Source: a virus | Virus genome (UHGV): UHGV-0261880 | Length of the DNA: 44,278 nucleotides | Reading direction: 5' to 3' (one strand) | Shown: piece after piece, positions 9,024 to 17,250 of the stretch | How the letters are laid out: each line of letters opens with the position of its first letter | Position numbering within the stretch: the stretch's first letter is position 1 | The notes under the pieces: model-generated | Told to the model about the DNA's origin: nothing | What the model saw: only the letters and a program-made list of their open reading frames with translations | Database searches by the model: none | Made by a program: the position numbers and the translations under genes

Positions 9024-9577
9024 TGGCTAAGGTAATTATTCTTAATGGCCCTGCGGGTTGCGGGAAAGACACGCTTGCTATGGCGCTGGTAGAAATGGGC
9101 TTTGCGAAAGGAACTACCAGTTTCAAGAATCCAATGTTCAATATTGCTTTGGCAGCGTTAGGCCCGGATGCTTACCACGAATTTCTCGACGGCTACGACG
9201 ACCGGGCGCGGAAAGAAAAGCCAGAGGGTTTTCTCAATGGGTTGTCCCGTCGTCAGTTCATGATTGCCATTTCTGAGCAATTCATTAAACCGGTATTCGG
9301 TGATGATTATTTCGGTAAGTATCTCGCTGAAAACTTGCCTGACGGCGACGAAGTTTTTGTAGTGTCCGACGGTGGATTCGCCAGTGAAGTTGCCCCTATC
9401 GTCGCCGCGGGGCATGACGTGCGAATCGTCCGCCTCCATCGTGACGGCTATACGTTCATCGGCGATAGCCGGGAGTATCTGTACGATGTTAGTGGTGTAA
9501 AAGATTACGACACCTACATCATACAGGGTGACGTTAAATCGAACGTTATAGACATTGCTTTAAAATTAGGTTTGTAA
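9023..9577 (+). CDS. P-loop nucleotide kinase, dNMP-kinase-like (T4 gp1 family)
   Basis: 184 aa; Walker A GPAGCGKDT at residues 9-17; overall pattern resembles T4 gene 1 dNMP kinase from memory; translationally coupled to the HAD gene. Confidence 0.65.
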   Translation: MAKVIILNGPAGCGKDTLAMALVEMGFAKGTTSFKNPMFNIALAALGPDAYHEFLDGYDDRARKEKPEGFLNGLSRRQFMIAISEQFIKPVFGDDYFGKYLAENLPDGDEVFVVSDGGFASEVAPIVAAGHDVRIVRLHRDGYTFIGDSREYLYDVSGVKDYDTYIIQGDVKSNVIDIALKLGL

Positions 9578-9601
9578 GAAAAAGGCCCCGAAAGGGGCCT
9601 T
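9576..9601. terminator. Stem-loop AAGGCCCC-GAAA-GGGGCCTT with flanking A/T run (efficient mainly for minus-strand readthrough)
   Basis: 8-bp GC-rich stem; on the minus strand it is followed by TTTTTC; lies just after the kinase stop. Confidence 0.5.
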
Positions 9602-9614
9602 ATCACAGTAGGAG

Positions 9615-10109
9615 ATGATTATGGATTGGAATGAATTTTTCATATACGATTTAATTTCAGGAAGGATATTTAACAGAGTAACCCGGTCCGGGAGGGCTAA
9701 GGCTGGAGAGGAAGCAGGTACTGTCCAGCGAGACGGATATAGAAGGATATTTTTCCGTGGTAAATGGCATGCGGCGCACCGTATAGCTTGGGACTTAAAC
9801 AATCCTAACGATAAGCTAACCTCGTCAGATCAAATAGACCATCTAGACCATGACCGAATAAACAATAGACCGCTTAACTTAGCTAAAAAGTCCAATGCGG
9901 AAAACCATAAAAATATGTCAAAACAGCGTAATAATAAATCAGGAGTAACCGGAGTTTACTGGAATGCGAAAGAAAGGTTGTGGTACGCACAGATATTCAA
10001 CAATAACGTAAAAACACATATCGGGTGCTTTAAGACGCTACTAGATGCAGTTGCCGCGAGGAGAGTTGCTGAAAGAGATTTGGGGTTCCACGAGAACCAC
10101 GGTAAATAG
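9615..10109 (+). CDS. HNH homing endonuclease with C-terminal AP2-type DNA-binding domain
   Basis: 164 aa; HNH core HAAHRIAW...DHLDHDRINNR; C-terminal SGVTGVYWNAKERLWYAQI...GCFKTLLDAVAARRVAE is AP2-like; AT-rich relative to neighbours. Confidence 0.8.
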   Translation: MIMDWNEFFIYDLISGRIFNRVTRSGRAKAGEEAGTVQRDGYRRIFFRGKWHAAHRIAWDLNNPNDKLTSSDQIDHLDHDRINNRPLNLAKKSNAENHKNMSKQRNNKSGVTGVYWNAKERLWYAQIFNNNVKTHIGCFKTLLDAVAARRVAERDLGFHENHGK

Positions 10110-10110
10110 T

Positions 10111-10137
10111 AAGGCCCCTTTCGGGGCCTTTTCCTTA
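10111..10137 (+). terminator. Rho-independent terminator AAGGCCCC-TTTC-GGGGCCTT + TTTCCTT
   Basis: Exact reverse complement of the 9582 hairpin, placed immediately after the HNH stop; U-tract on plus strand. Confidence 0.55.
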
Positions 10138-11307
10138 CGCGTAGCTAATACGCTGTATTACAATAGAAGATTGATATTGATTGCCTGTGGACTGTCCTTC
10201 TATGCTCTGAGTGATTGACTCAGGTCCGCCAATCTCTGGCGTAACCGCCGTAAGCTCTGCGCGTTTCAAACTGAAAGACATAGCCCCGTTTACCCCCGCC
10301 AGAATAGAGTTAATCTCTACCTGCTGCTCGTTGATAAACTTCTGAATCATCGCCATGTCGTATAGCTTGCCGGAGATGGAGAAGGTGTTTGCCGCGCGGC
10401 TACGTTCCACAAACGCTACGTTAGTGTTGCCGAGTTCGAACTGCGCGGATGCGCTGTTATCGTTGGTGATGGTCAGACTATCACAACGCAACGGCGTAGA
10501 ACCGTCGAACACAGACACATCTACAGACGAGAACGGCTCGTCACCAAACGTGACAGAGGAGAAATCAGAACCAGACGGCGGCTCGGTGAGAATCTCCTGA
10601 CTGCGACCGATGAACGGGAAGCTACCTGTAACCATCGCGTTAACCGCCTGCTCAACGGTAAAACCTGAAACTTCCACGCCTTTAGTCAACGTGTACGCGT
10701 CAGTCCCGCCGCACTGGCCTTTGTACCAGGTAAGAATAGAGAACGTCTTACACTGACTACCAGTCTCCAGCTTATCCCCGGTCTTAGCAGCGGTAGTAAC
10801 AGTCTCTGCGGTCAGAGTGTGCTGGATACCCGTACCAGTGACAACAGTCGCACTTATTTCGGTTACGATAAACGGTTTGGCGTTATCGCCCGTTAAGTCG
10901 GTGAACGCAATCAGGTCGCCTACTTCAACGCCGTCGGTAATAAAGCTACCGGTGGAGCGTGTAAAGGTCTTGCCAGCCGGTGCGACGGTAATCGACAGCC
11001 CTGACAGCGAGACACCTGATTGCCACGTAGAGCCTAAAGCACCTGCCAGCCAGTCATCCTGGCTACGCGAGCTAAGTTCGATAGCGTATTCACCGCTAAC
11101 CTGTTTGTTACCGGTGCGGATGGACGTAGTTTCACGGCTGCCGTCCAGTTCATTGGAGGTCAGCGTGTCTCGGGTAATAGCGGGAACACCGCCAGTGTTA
11201 CGCAACGGCGACCAGACAGGGTTGTCTGGGGTCACGCCCGGGGTAACTTCCGCCACATAGAATTGCGCGGTATTCGCGCCCTTAAAAGGAGTTGTAGCCA
11301 TACTCAC
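10135..11307 (-). CDS. Major tail (tube) protein
   Basis: 390 aa Thr/Ser/Gly-rich beta-type protein, last gene of the head-tail operon before the chaperone pair; call by synteny. Confidence 0.55.
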   Translation of the reverse strand: MSMATTPFKGANTAQFYVAEVTPGVTPDNPVWSPLRNTGGVPAITRDTLTSNELDGSRETTSIRTGNKQVSGEYAIELSSRSQDDWLAGALGSTWQSGVSLSGLSITVAPAGKTFTRSTGSFITDGVEVGDLIAFTDLTGDNAKPFIVTEISATVVTGTGIQHTLTAETVTTAAKTGDKLETGSQCKTFSILTWYKGQCGGTDAYTLTKGVEVSGFTVEQAVNAMVTGSFPFIGRSQEILTEPPSGSDFSSVTFGDEPFSSVDVSVFDGSTPLRCDSLTITNDNSASAQFELGNTNVAFVERSRAANTFSISGKLYDMAMIQKFINEQQVEINSILAGVNGAMSFSLKRAELTAVTPEIGGPESITQSIEGQSTGNQYQSSIVIQRISYA

Positions 11308-11717
11308 AGCCTCTTGGTGAATGCAATAAAGTTAACTGACAATGGTCGTTTGGCCCATCCGTTTTCTACAATCAGCGGCCCCAGGCTAACCGATTGAACC
11401 TCGGCGCAGATGTCGTTACGTGAAAATGACTTACCTGCTTTAAACGCCGTGTTAAGTAAGTCTGCCATTTTATTGATTGGCGCGCTACCTTTCACCGATG
11501 CGTAGTTAATGTCTACCTGGTAAATACCGGAGCGTTGTTCCGTGAAGAACAAATCAGCCTGCTCTGTATCCGCAAGCAACATGTAACTTGCCAGATACGG
11601 GGTATCGGTTGACGTCGGCGCGTCGATATTTTCAAGCGCTACCCTGATGCCGTTGGTGGTTCCGAAGGCTACCAGCGGCACATCGAACGCTTTGGTTAAG
11701 TCCTCAAAGTAGCCCAT
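11304..11717 (-). CDS. Tail completion / neck protein
   Basis: 137 aa, overlapping start/stop with neighbours in head-tail joining block; synteny only. Confidence 0.4.
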   Translation of the reverse strand: MGYFEDLTKAFDVPLVAFGTTNGIRVALENIDAPTSTDTPYLASYMLLADTEQADLFFTEQRSGIYQVDINYASVKGSAPINKMADLLNTAFKAGKSFSRNDICAEVQSVSLGPLIVENGWAKRPLSVNFIAFTKRL

Positions 11718-12112
11718 TATTTCACCTTGTTGGCTTCTTCGTTAATTAGTTGCTGGAAGCGTGACACATTAGTCCTGACCATGCCTTGTGGAGCCTGTTG
11801 CGACCAACCGTACTCCAGCCGTTGCGCATACGGCAGGTTATTAGTCAGCGTGAACTCGCGCCAGTCGGTGGCTTTCAGTACGAAACTTGTAGCGTTTCCG
11901 GTTGCCGTGTTTCCTGATTTATCCGTAGCGTCTGTAGTTCCGAAAGCAGGAGTGCCACCAGATGCCATCCAGTTCATACGAAAGCGACCCGTATCTACTG
12001 GACTCGCATTTATAATAGCGGAAAACAGCTTGATAGACACCTGACGAATCACCTTCTCGGGATTCTTCTTCGCCTTTTCCACGAACTTAGAGACATCAAG
12101 CGCGAAACTCAT
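11717..12112 (-). CDS. Neck / tail-terminator-like protein
   Basis: 131 aa, translationally coupled in the head-tail joining block; synteny only. Confidence 0.4.
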   Translation of the reverse strand: MSFALDVSKFVEKAKKNPEKVIRQVSIKLFSAIINASPVDTGRFRMNWMASGGTPAFGTTDATDKSGNTATGNATSFVLKATDWREFTLTNNLPYAQRLEYGWSQQAPQGMVRTNVSRFQQLINEEANKVK

Positions 12113-12468
12113 TTTCTCACCTGGATAAAGTATGCCACGACATCATCGTTAACCATCTTCTTCTCAATGGCTACGACAGACCATTGTTCGCCGCCGAATT
12201 GTACCTTGTCTTCCATCTTCGGAACGACACTGCAATCCGCTTTAACAATCATGTCACCAGCCTGAATCGTCGTACCGTTTACCCGTTCCGCGTTTACCGG
12301 AACCGGTACAGCATTCAACGGCAACACTTCATCAGCGGACCAGACGTACTCCCCGAGAACTTCATCCCACACTTTCGAGCCAGCGCGAACCAGAGATACC
12401 GTGCTACCGAATTTGGTTAGCAAGCGTGTACCCACGCCTTGCATACGTTTACTGAAAGCGGTGCTCAT
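12109..12468 (-). CDS. Head-tail joining protein
   Basis: Track ORF 12109..12522 trimmed to the internal ATG (MSTAFSKRM...) that overlaps the stop of the upstream gene. Confidence 0.4.
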   Translation of the reverse strand: MSTAFSKRMQGVGTRLLTKFGSTVSLVRAGSKVWDEVLGEYVWSADEVLPLNAVPVPVNAERVNGTTIQAGDMIVKADCSVVPKMEDKVQFGGEQWSVVAIEKKMVNDDVVAYFIQVRK

Positions 12469-13082
12469 CAGGCGGCCTCCAGTCTCGAAATAACCAGTAG
12501 CGCAGATGGCGCTGTGCCCCATGCGGTCACGGTAGCGGCTTGTGGGTACACGCCTCCGAAGTTGCTTCCGGCACTATCTCGCATAATCTGAACGGCAAAC
12601 GTCTGGCCTGCGGTGGGGTTAATAACGACACGGGATTCAATCGGGATTGTGATGTCCGCGCTTACCAGTTTCGTGGCGGCGGGCGAGCCATACTGAGCGC
12701 CGTTAAGGAGAATGCGGGACAACAGGATGGATGTACCGCTTGCCCCCGTACGCCCCGCCTGTAACTTGATGCGGACGGCGTAGTTACCCGCAGTGTTGAA
12801 CGTAACCAGACCCGCTGCATTAATCATTACCGGGTCGGATGCACTTCCCTGAGCGGAGCCGAAAGTTAACTGCAACGCCGTATCTACTGCGGTAGGCGCT
12901 TGTATCACGGTCGACGCCGCCCGGAGAACTTCAACCTCTTTAACCCCCGGAGTGGCATAAATAGGCGAGTCCGCCATCTGCGTCATTACCTCGCGCAACT
13001 TCGCTGGGGTAATAAGTCCGGTCGTGTTATCGGGGATGTTCGCGCCGATAAGGGTGAACATCTCTGATTTAGTCTTTGCCAT
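12468..13082 (-). CDS. Structural protein of head-tail region, unknown function
   Basis: 204 aa ORF in the connector block. Confidence 0.4.
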   Translation of the reverse strand: MAKTKSEMFTLIGANIPDNTTGLITPAKLREVMTQMADSPIYATPGVKEVEVLRAASTVIQAPTAVDTALQLTFGSAQGSASDPVMINAAGLVTFNTAGNYAVRIKLQAGRTGASGTSILLSRILLNGAQYGSPAATKLVSADITIPIESRVVINPTAGQTFAVQIMRDSAGSNFGGVYPQAATVTAWGTAPSALLVISRLEAA

Positions 13083-13084
13083 TT

Positions 13085-13597
13085 TTAACCCCGGTACACG
13101 TTAAATGAGAAGCCATTGTTAAGACCGCCACACAGCAACGGGCGTAAAGCGTCGTCCGCAGCGGTAATCGCGGTTGTAGCGCCACTGCTGCCGTTGTTGA
13201 AGTACGTCACGGTCACCGCACCCTCAACACGCTCAGTCTGCACGGAGCGCCCGTCTGAGTTGGCCCGCACCTCAGTACCCGCACCATATGTGGCGGAGGC
13301 GATTACCTGCGCAAGAATCACCTGTTTCGGGATGGCATTGTTTGCTACAGGGAACCCATTCAACGTTACACCAGTACGAGGATACGCCAGAGACTGTTCA
13401 GCAGATACGCGACGACCGCACATCTGCGGTTCTGCAAGCCCAACATAGGTAGCGCCATTACGCAAGGCTACCTCGGCAGCAGTATCGTCTGCTGGTAACT
13501 CAATACCATAATTAGCCGCTAACGCGCGGGCGTCAGCCAGACTAACGTAACTGTCGGCATTCGGGACGATTTCCCCAGTTTCCACGATTAGCGGCAT
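13085..13597 (-). CDS. Head-tail connector / head completion protein
   Basis: 170 aa; N-terminal SYVSLADARALAANYGIELPADDTAAEVAL resembles connector (gp6-type) N-termini; downstream of capsid. Confidence 0.4.
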   Translation of the reverse strand: MPLIVETGEIVPNADSYVSLADARALAANYGIELPADDTAAEVALRNGATYVGLAEPQMCGRRVSAEQSLAYPRTGVTLNGFPVANNAIPKQVILAQVIASATYGAGTEVRANSDGRSVQTERVEGAVTVTYFNNGSSGATTAITAADDALRPLLCGGLNNGFSFNVYRG

Positions 13598-13600
13598 AAA

Positions 13601-13780
13601 TTATTCCTCTGACTTACGGCGACGACGCTTAGCACCACCGCCGTTGTTGTGCGCTTCTTCGTTGTCCGGTTGGGTTGCAACCAGTTCATCCGCTTCTACA
13701 ACACCGCGGACTGGCATCACCTGACCGTCAACAATGCCAACGTGGGAGTACTTTTCGCGGATTACATAATTATCTGCCAT
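13601..13780 (-). CDS. Small basic-tailed protein (59 aa), below ORF-track cutoff
   Basis: ATG preceded by AGGAAAGG; translates MADNYVIREKYSHVGIVDGQVMPVRGVVEADELVATQPDNEEAHNNGGGAKRRRRKSEE; fills the gap between the Ig-like gene and the connector. Confidence 0.4.
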   Translation of the reverse strand: MADNYVIREKYSHVGIVDGQVMPVRGVVEADELVATQPDNEEAHNNGGGAKRRRRKSEE

Positions 13781-13816
13781 GACCTTTCCTTATTACGGCC
13801 CCGAAGGGCCGTTGTA

Positions 13817-14158
13817 TTAAGACACAGTTGCTACGGTGCTACTGGAGATAATATTACCATATACATCGTGAACAACCACTTTATACGTACCGGAATCGGT
13901 GGTAGTAGTGGACGCCTTCGCATAGGAAGCAGCGTTTGCCCCGGCGATAGCGTTGTTATCTTTGTACCACTGGTAGGAATACGGCCCCAGACCGCCAGTT
14001 ACCGCTACGGTCAGTGTCATGGTTTCGCCCGCGGTGACGGAGGTAGTAGCCGCCAGCGCCGATGAGAAAGACGCAGGAGAAATAGTCGCCATGTCAATCT
14101 TAGCCCCCGGGGCGTCAGCGGAGACGCCGGTGATGCGTCGCTTCAATACGTCTGCCAT
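13817..14158 (-). CDS. Ig-like domain protein (candidate capsid decoration)
   Basis: 113 aa; YSYQWYKDNNAIAGANAASYAK...GTYKVVVHDVYGN is an Ig (I-set/Big)-like pattern; directly after major capsid gene. Confidence 0.55.
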   Translation of the reverse strand: MADVLKRRITGVSADAPGAKIDMATISPASFSSALAATTSVTAGETMTLTVAVTGGLGPYSYQWYKDNNAIAGANAASYAKASTTTTDSGTYKVVVHDVYGNIISSSTVATVS

Positions 14159-14219
14159 TTAGGAATCCTCTTAGTAAATGAAAAGAGGGACCGAAGTCCC
14201 TCTCGATTATAGCTTAACC

Positions 14220-15269
14220 TTAAGCACCGACACCAGTTACCAGGAAGGCAATCGGTACATGCTTACGTTCAACCACACGGTTCCAGTTGGAGGCGTTCGC
14301 CAGGTCCTGCCAGGACGCAGAGCGTGCGACTGTCTCAGTGCCGTTGCCGGTGATTACCGCACTAGTGAAGCTGTAGCCCAGTGGGTGCAGCAGCCAGGTC
14401 TTACGGGTCCACAGGGTTTCAACGCCACCACCGTTACCGCGAGACTCTTCGCGCTCATAGGCCAGCGGGTTGGACGGAGAACCTTCACCGTAACCGATAG
14501 CGCCGTTGCCGAAGATGATGGAGATGAACTTGCGGCTCGTGCCGGTGCCGACTACGGTCATGCTGTCGTCAACAATCACGCGGTAGCCCTGGTAGGTGGC
14601 GAACAAGGTATCGTTGTCAGCGTCTTTGATGAAGTCGATAAGCTGCTGCTTACGGGCCTGTGCATAGACGAAGCTGTGCATCGCAATAGCACCGAGAACC
14701 TCACCGCCGTTGCCCATCAGCGCGTCGCCCATAGTCTGGGTAGCGTCGATGAACGCGCCTGCATCGAAGCCCAGAGTAGAGGACACGTCGATTACCATGT
14801 CGTTCTGCTCGTGGTATGCGTCGGTAGCGGCTACGTTGTCGTTGTACAGACCAAGCGCAGTAGCAATCAGACGGCGTTGTGCCTGGCGCTGCCAGAAGTT
14901 ATCCAGACGGGACGCCACTGATTGCAGCGGGTTCTGGCTGGTCAGTTCTACAGTCAAGTCCGCCTGACCGAAACCTTCGTTCAGGTACGCAACGCGCGCC
15001 ATCATCTCACCGGTCTGAACGTTACGCGGGGTTGCGATGTCCTGGTATACGTCGTTCGAGTAGTTCGGCTCGATAGAGGTATCAATCGCTTTCCAGAACG
15101 GAATATTAGCGATGTTGGACGGGCCGCGGGCAATCTCAGCAGCGTACGGAGTCGGGGTCAAAATACCGGACTGGAAGAACGCGGTTTTTTCTACCGGGTC
15201 CTCGGTCATATAAGACGCCAGGACAGGGATGTTGCCAGTTACGATATCGCCGATAGTGGTAATTGCCAT
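14220..15269 (-). CDS. Major capsid protein (HK97 fold)
   Basis: 349 aa directly downstream of scaffold gene, upstream terminator-like structure, size and composition typical of HK97-type capsid proteins. Confidence 0.85.
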   Translation of the reverse strand: MAITTIGDIVTGNIPVLASYMTEDPVEKTAFFQSGILTPTPYAAEIARGPSNIANIPFWKAIDTSIEPNYSNDVYQDIATPRNVQTGEMMARVAYLNEGFGQADLTVELTSQNPLQSVASRLDNFWQRQAQRRLIATALGLYNDNVAATDAYHEQNDMVIDVSSTLGFDAGAFIDATQTMGDALMGNGGEVLGAIAMHSFVYAQARKQQLIDFIKDADNDTLFATYQGYRVIVDDSMTVVGTGTSRKFISIIFGNGAIGYGEGSPSNPLAYEREESRGNGGGVETLWTRKTWLLHPLGYSFTSAVITGNGTETVARSASWQDLANASNWNRVVERKHVPIAFLVTGVGA

Positions 15270-15271
15270 TA

Positions 15272-15973
15272 TTATTTCCTCAGGGCTTTAAGTTGCCGTT
15301 CAAATTCGGCAGGGTTCGATTTGTACAGAGCTAAACGCTCCGCTTCACTCATGTCTTTAAACGCTGGTGCGGCCCCGCCGCCTTTGCTACCGGAAGCCCC
15401 GCCGCCGGAAGCTGCATTTGCTTTAATCAAATGCGAAAACGCTTTGTGTTCGCGCAGGTATTTGCGGAACTGTTCCGGGTCAGTCGTGATCACGTTGCCG
15501 TCTGCGCCGACAAACTTAGTAACCACATCATCACCTTCGAACTCAGTCTTAACGAACGGTGCAAGGATGTCCACTGCTTCCGGAGTAATAAAGTCACCCG
15601 CGAAAGAGCCTAACACCGCTTTACGTTCGCTGCCGAGGATGCGCTCTGCCATCTTGGAGATGCGACCATCTTTCTCGGCTAACACCGGGTCATACTGGCT
15701 ACGAATCGTCTTTTCGAACTCGTCCATCTTACCAGCGGCTTTTAACGCCTCCTGGTGCGCGCGCTGCCGTTCTTCTTCAGCCTCTTTTGCTTTACGGGCG
15801 GCTTCTTTCTTCTCCGCCAGCAATGCTTCCTGATTAGCCTTAAGCCCGGCAACTTCTTTTTCAATCAGCGCCTGAACTTCTTCGGCAGTGAACATTTTAG
15901 GCGCATCTCCGCCACCGGATTTATCTTCTGCCCCAGCTTCTTCCTGGAACGGATAACGTAAAAAACGATTCAT
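15272..15973 (-). CDS. Scaffolding protein
   Basis: Track ORF 15272..16027 trimmed to ATG ~15973 (MNRFLRYPFQEE...) with GGGGA RBS; Ala/Glu/Lys-rich coiled coil; precedes major capsid gene. Confidence 0.6.
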   Translation of the reverse strand: MNRFLRYPFQEEAGAEDKSGGGDAPKMFTAEEVQALIEKEVAGLKANQEALLAEKKEAARKAKEAEEERQRAHQEALKAAGKMDEFEKTIRSQYDPVLAEKDGRISKMAERILGSERKAVLGSFAGDFITPEAVDILAPFVKTEFEGDDVVTKFVGADGNVITTDPEQFRKYLREHKAFSHLIKANAASGGGASGSKGGGAAPAFKDMSEAERLALYKSNPAEFERQLKALRK

Positions 15974-16055
15974 AGTCAGTATGTCCCCTGGACGTTGGAA
16001 CCCGGGCCGCCCGGATTTACATGTCAAGAATAAATTATTCCAACATGCAAGGCAA

Positions 16056-16319
16056 CTATTCCAGAATATTCCTCACGTAATCCTGCAACATGAACACTTT
16101 CAGCCTCAGTTGCCGTACACATTCGGCGTTCTGGACGTCGATAGCCAAATCCTCATCCGCGTCGCTACTTGGCGCTGCCAGTTTGCACGGCGGCTGCATC
16201 ATCGTCGTATCCGGGGATGGAATTGGCGTTGGTGACGGCGCGGGACTTGAGCTGCACGCGCTCAGGGTCAAAAGTGCACACGCTGCGACCAGGCGTTTTA
16301 ATGTACTTAACGACTTCAC
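16056..16319 (-). CDS. Outer-membrane spanin (Rz1-like lipoprotein), overlapped with i-spanin gene
   Basis: 87 aa; signal peptide with lipobox LTLSAC; Pro-rich segment PAPSPTPIPSPDTTMMQPP; starts inside and extends past the 16165..16551 gene in another frame. Confidence 0.55.
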   Translation of the reverse strand: MKSLSTLKRLVAACALLTLSACSSSPAPSPTPIPSPDTTMMQPPCKLAAPSSDADEDLAIDVQNAECVRQLRLKVFMLQDYVRNILE

Positions 16320-16551
16320 GGGTAATTACCTCTGATTTCGTCTTGCCTTCGTTGTCGGCGGCTGCGGCCTTTGATTCGTCCTGCTGCTGCCGTTGTGTTT
16401 TCTTCGCCAGCTCAGCCTGTGCTTTCTGCTGTTGCTGCGAAACGAGATTCGCCCGGCCTTCGTTCCAGCCGCTGCGATACTGATAAATGCCGTGGGCGTA
16501 GACCAGGATGATGAAACAAGCTCCCGCTACGACAGTTGCTTTAAGATTCAT
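16165..16551 (-). CDS. Inner-membrane spanin (Rz-like)
   Basis: 128 aa; N-terminal TM segment VVAGACFIILVYAHGIY followed by Gln/Ala/Lys-rich predicted coiled coil; overlapped by lipoprotein ORF. Confidence 0.5.
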   Translation of the reverse strand: MNLKATVVAGACFIILVYAHGIYQYRSGWNEGRANLVSQQQQKAQAELAKKTQRQQQDESKAAAADNEGKTKSEVITREVVKYIKTPGRSVCTFDPERVQLKSRAVTNANSIPGYDDDAAAVQTGSAK

Positions 16552-16802
16552 GTTTCCCCTTTCTCGATAAGTAAAGCCCCGCCTTAAAGCGGGGCGCTAG
16601 TCCTTATCATTTAAACATAAAAACAGCGTAATCTCAGTAAACCCGTTACTTTTTACACAAGCAATAGAGTATGGCCCTTCCGAACGCGTCAGCGTAACTA
16701 CACTCAGGACTTACGTCCCGCTCCGTTACCTGCCCGCGCCGCGGTCGCTTGTTCATACTTCACAAGCTCAGGTGGAGCTTAGCACATTTTCAGTGAAAAG
16801 TC

Positions 16803-16818
16803 AACTATTCGAATAGTT
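16803..16818. promoter_or_regulatory. Perfect 16-bp palindrome AACTATTCGAATAGTT
   Basis: Contains the same AATAG/CTATT half-sites as the promoter-associated element but in everted arrangement; lies ~55 nt upstream of the 16871 promoter. Confidence 0.4.
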
Positions 16819-16870
16819 TATTCCAACATTTACAATTCGATGGAATAACTGTAATACATAATCAAATAGT

Positions 16871-16899
16871 TTGCACACACCGATATAATAGGGTACTAT
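16871..16899 (+). promoter_or_regulatory. Sigma70-like promoter TTGCAC-N17-TACTAT with embedded palindrome
   Basis: TTGCACacaccgatataatagggTACTATtca, 30 of 32 nt identical to the 6959 element; ~30 nt upstream of the 16932 GTG start. Confidence 0.5.
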
Positions 16900-16931
16900 T
16901 CATTGCATCGAAACGAGAGGAGGGGTATAAA

Positions 16932-17246
16932 GTGAAAGATGAATTTAAAGGTACGAAAGGACCGTGGGAGTTCAAGAAAGAAAAAGGAGAGCAGGAATGG
17001 TTCGTGTTCCAGAAAGGCTCATTAAAGAAAATGTACGGCTGTACTATACGGACGCCAGTAGCCGAAGAAATTAATGATAAACATGACGCCGAACTTATTT
17101 CCTCGGCTCCGGAGTTACTTGAAGCTCTTCGCCAGCTTCGCGATTATGTTGAGGATGTTTGCGCGGTATCTTCTGATGATTGCCATGAAGACCATCCATT
17201 AAATCTAGCCAACAGAGCAATCAAGAAAGCATTAGGAAAGAAATAA
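16932..17246 (+). CDS. Hypothetical protein, opposite-strand insertion in head module
   Basis: 104 aa, GTG start with GAGGAGGGG RBS; own promoter and terminator; antisense to flanking head genes; ~42% GC. Confidence 0.6.
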   Translation: MKDEFKGTKGPWEFKKEKGEQEWFVFQKGSLKKMYGCTIRTPVAEEINDKHDAELISSAPELLEALRQLRDYVEDVCAVSSDDCHEDHPLNLANRAIKKALGKK

Positions 17247-17250
17247 AACT

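Noticed and set aside
13790-13812. Hairpin ACGGCCC-CGAA-GGGCCGT between the Ig-like gene and the 59-aa ORF as a terminator
   Set aside because: No U-tract on either strand and it sits within an operon just upstream of an RBS; more likely an RNA structure or attenuator than a terminator.
14178-15833. Plus-strand ORFs (14178..14921, 14922..15833) antisense to major capsid and scaffold genes
   Set aside because: Shadow ORFs opposite two well-supported structural genes; Arg/Ser-rich, no start signals.
16575-16595. Hairpin GCCCCGC-CTTAAA-GCGGGGC upstream of the i-spanin start as a minus-strand terminator
   Set aside because: Followed by only three T before the spanin RBS; could modulate read-through but not convincingly an intrinsic terminator.
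16600-16930. Possible tRNA gene in the ~330-bp non-coding region upstream of the 16932 gene
   Set aside because: No T-loop (GGTTCGAAT-like) or cloverleaf-compatible complementary segments found by eye; region is better explained as promoter/operator DNA.
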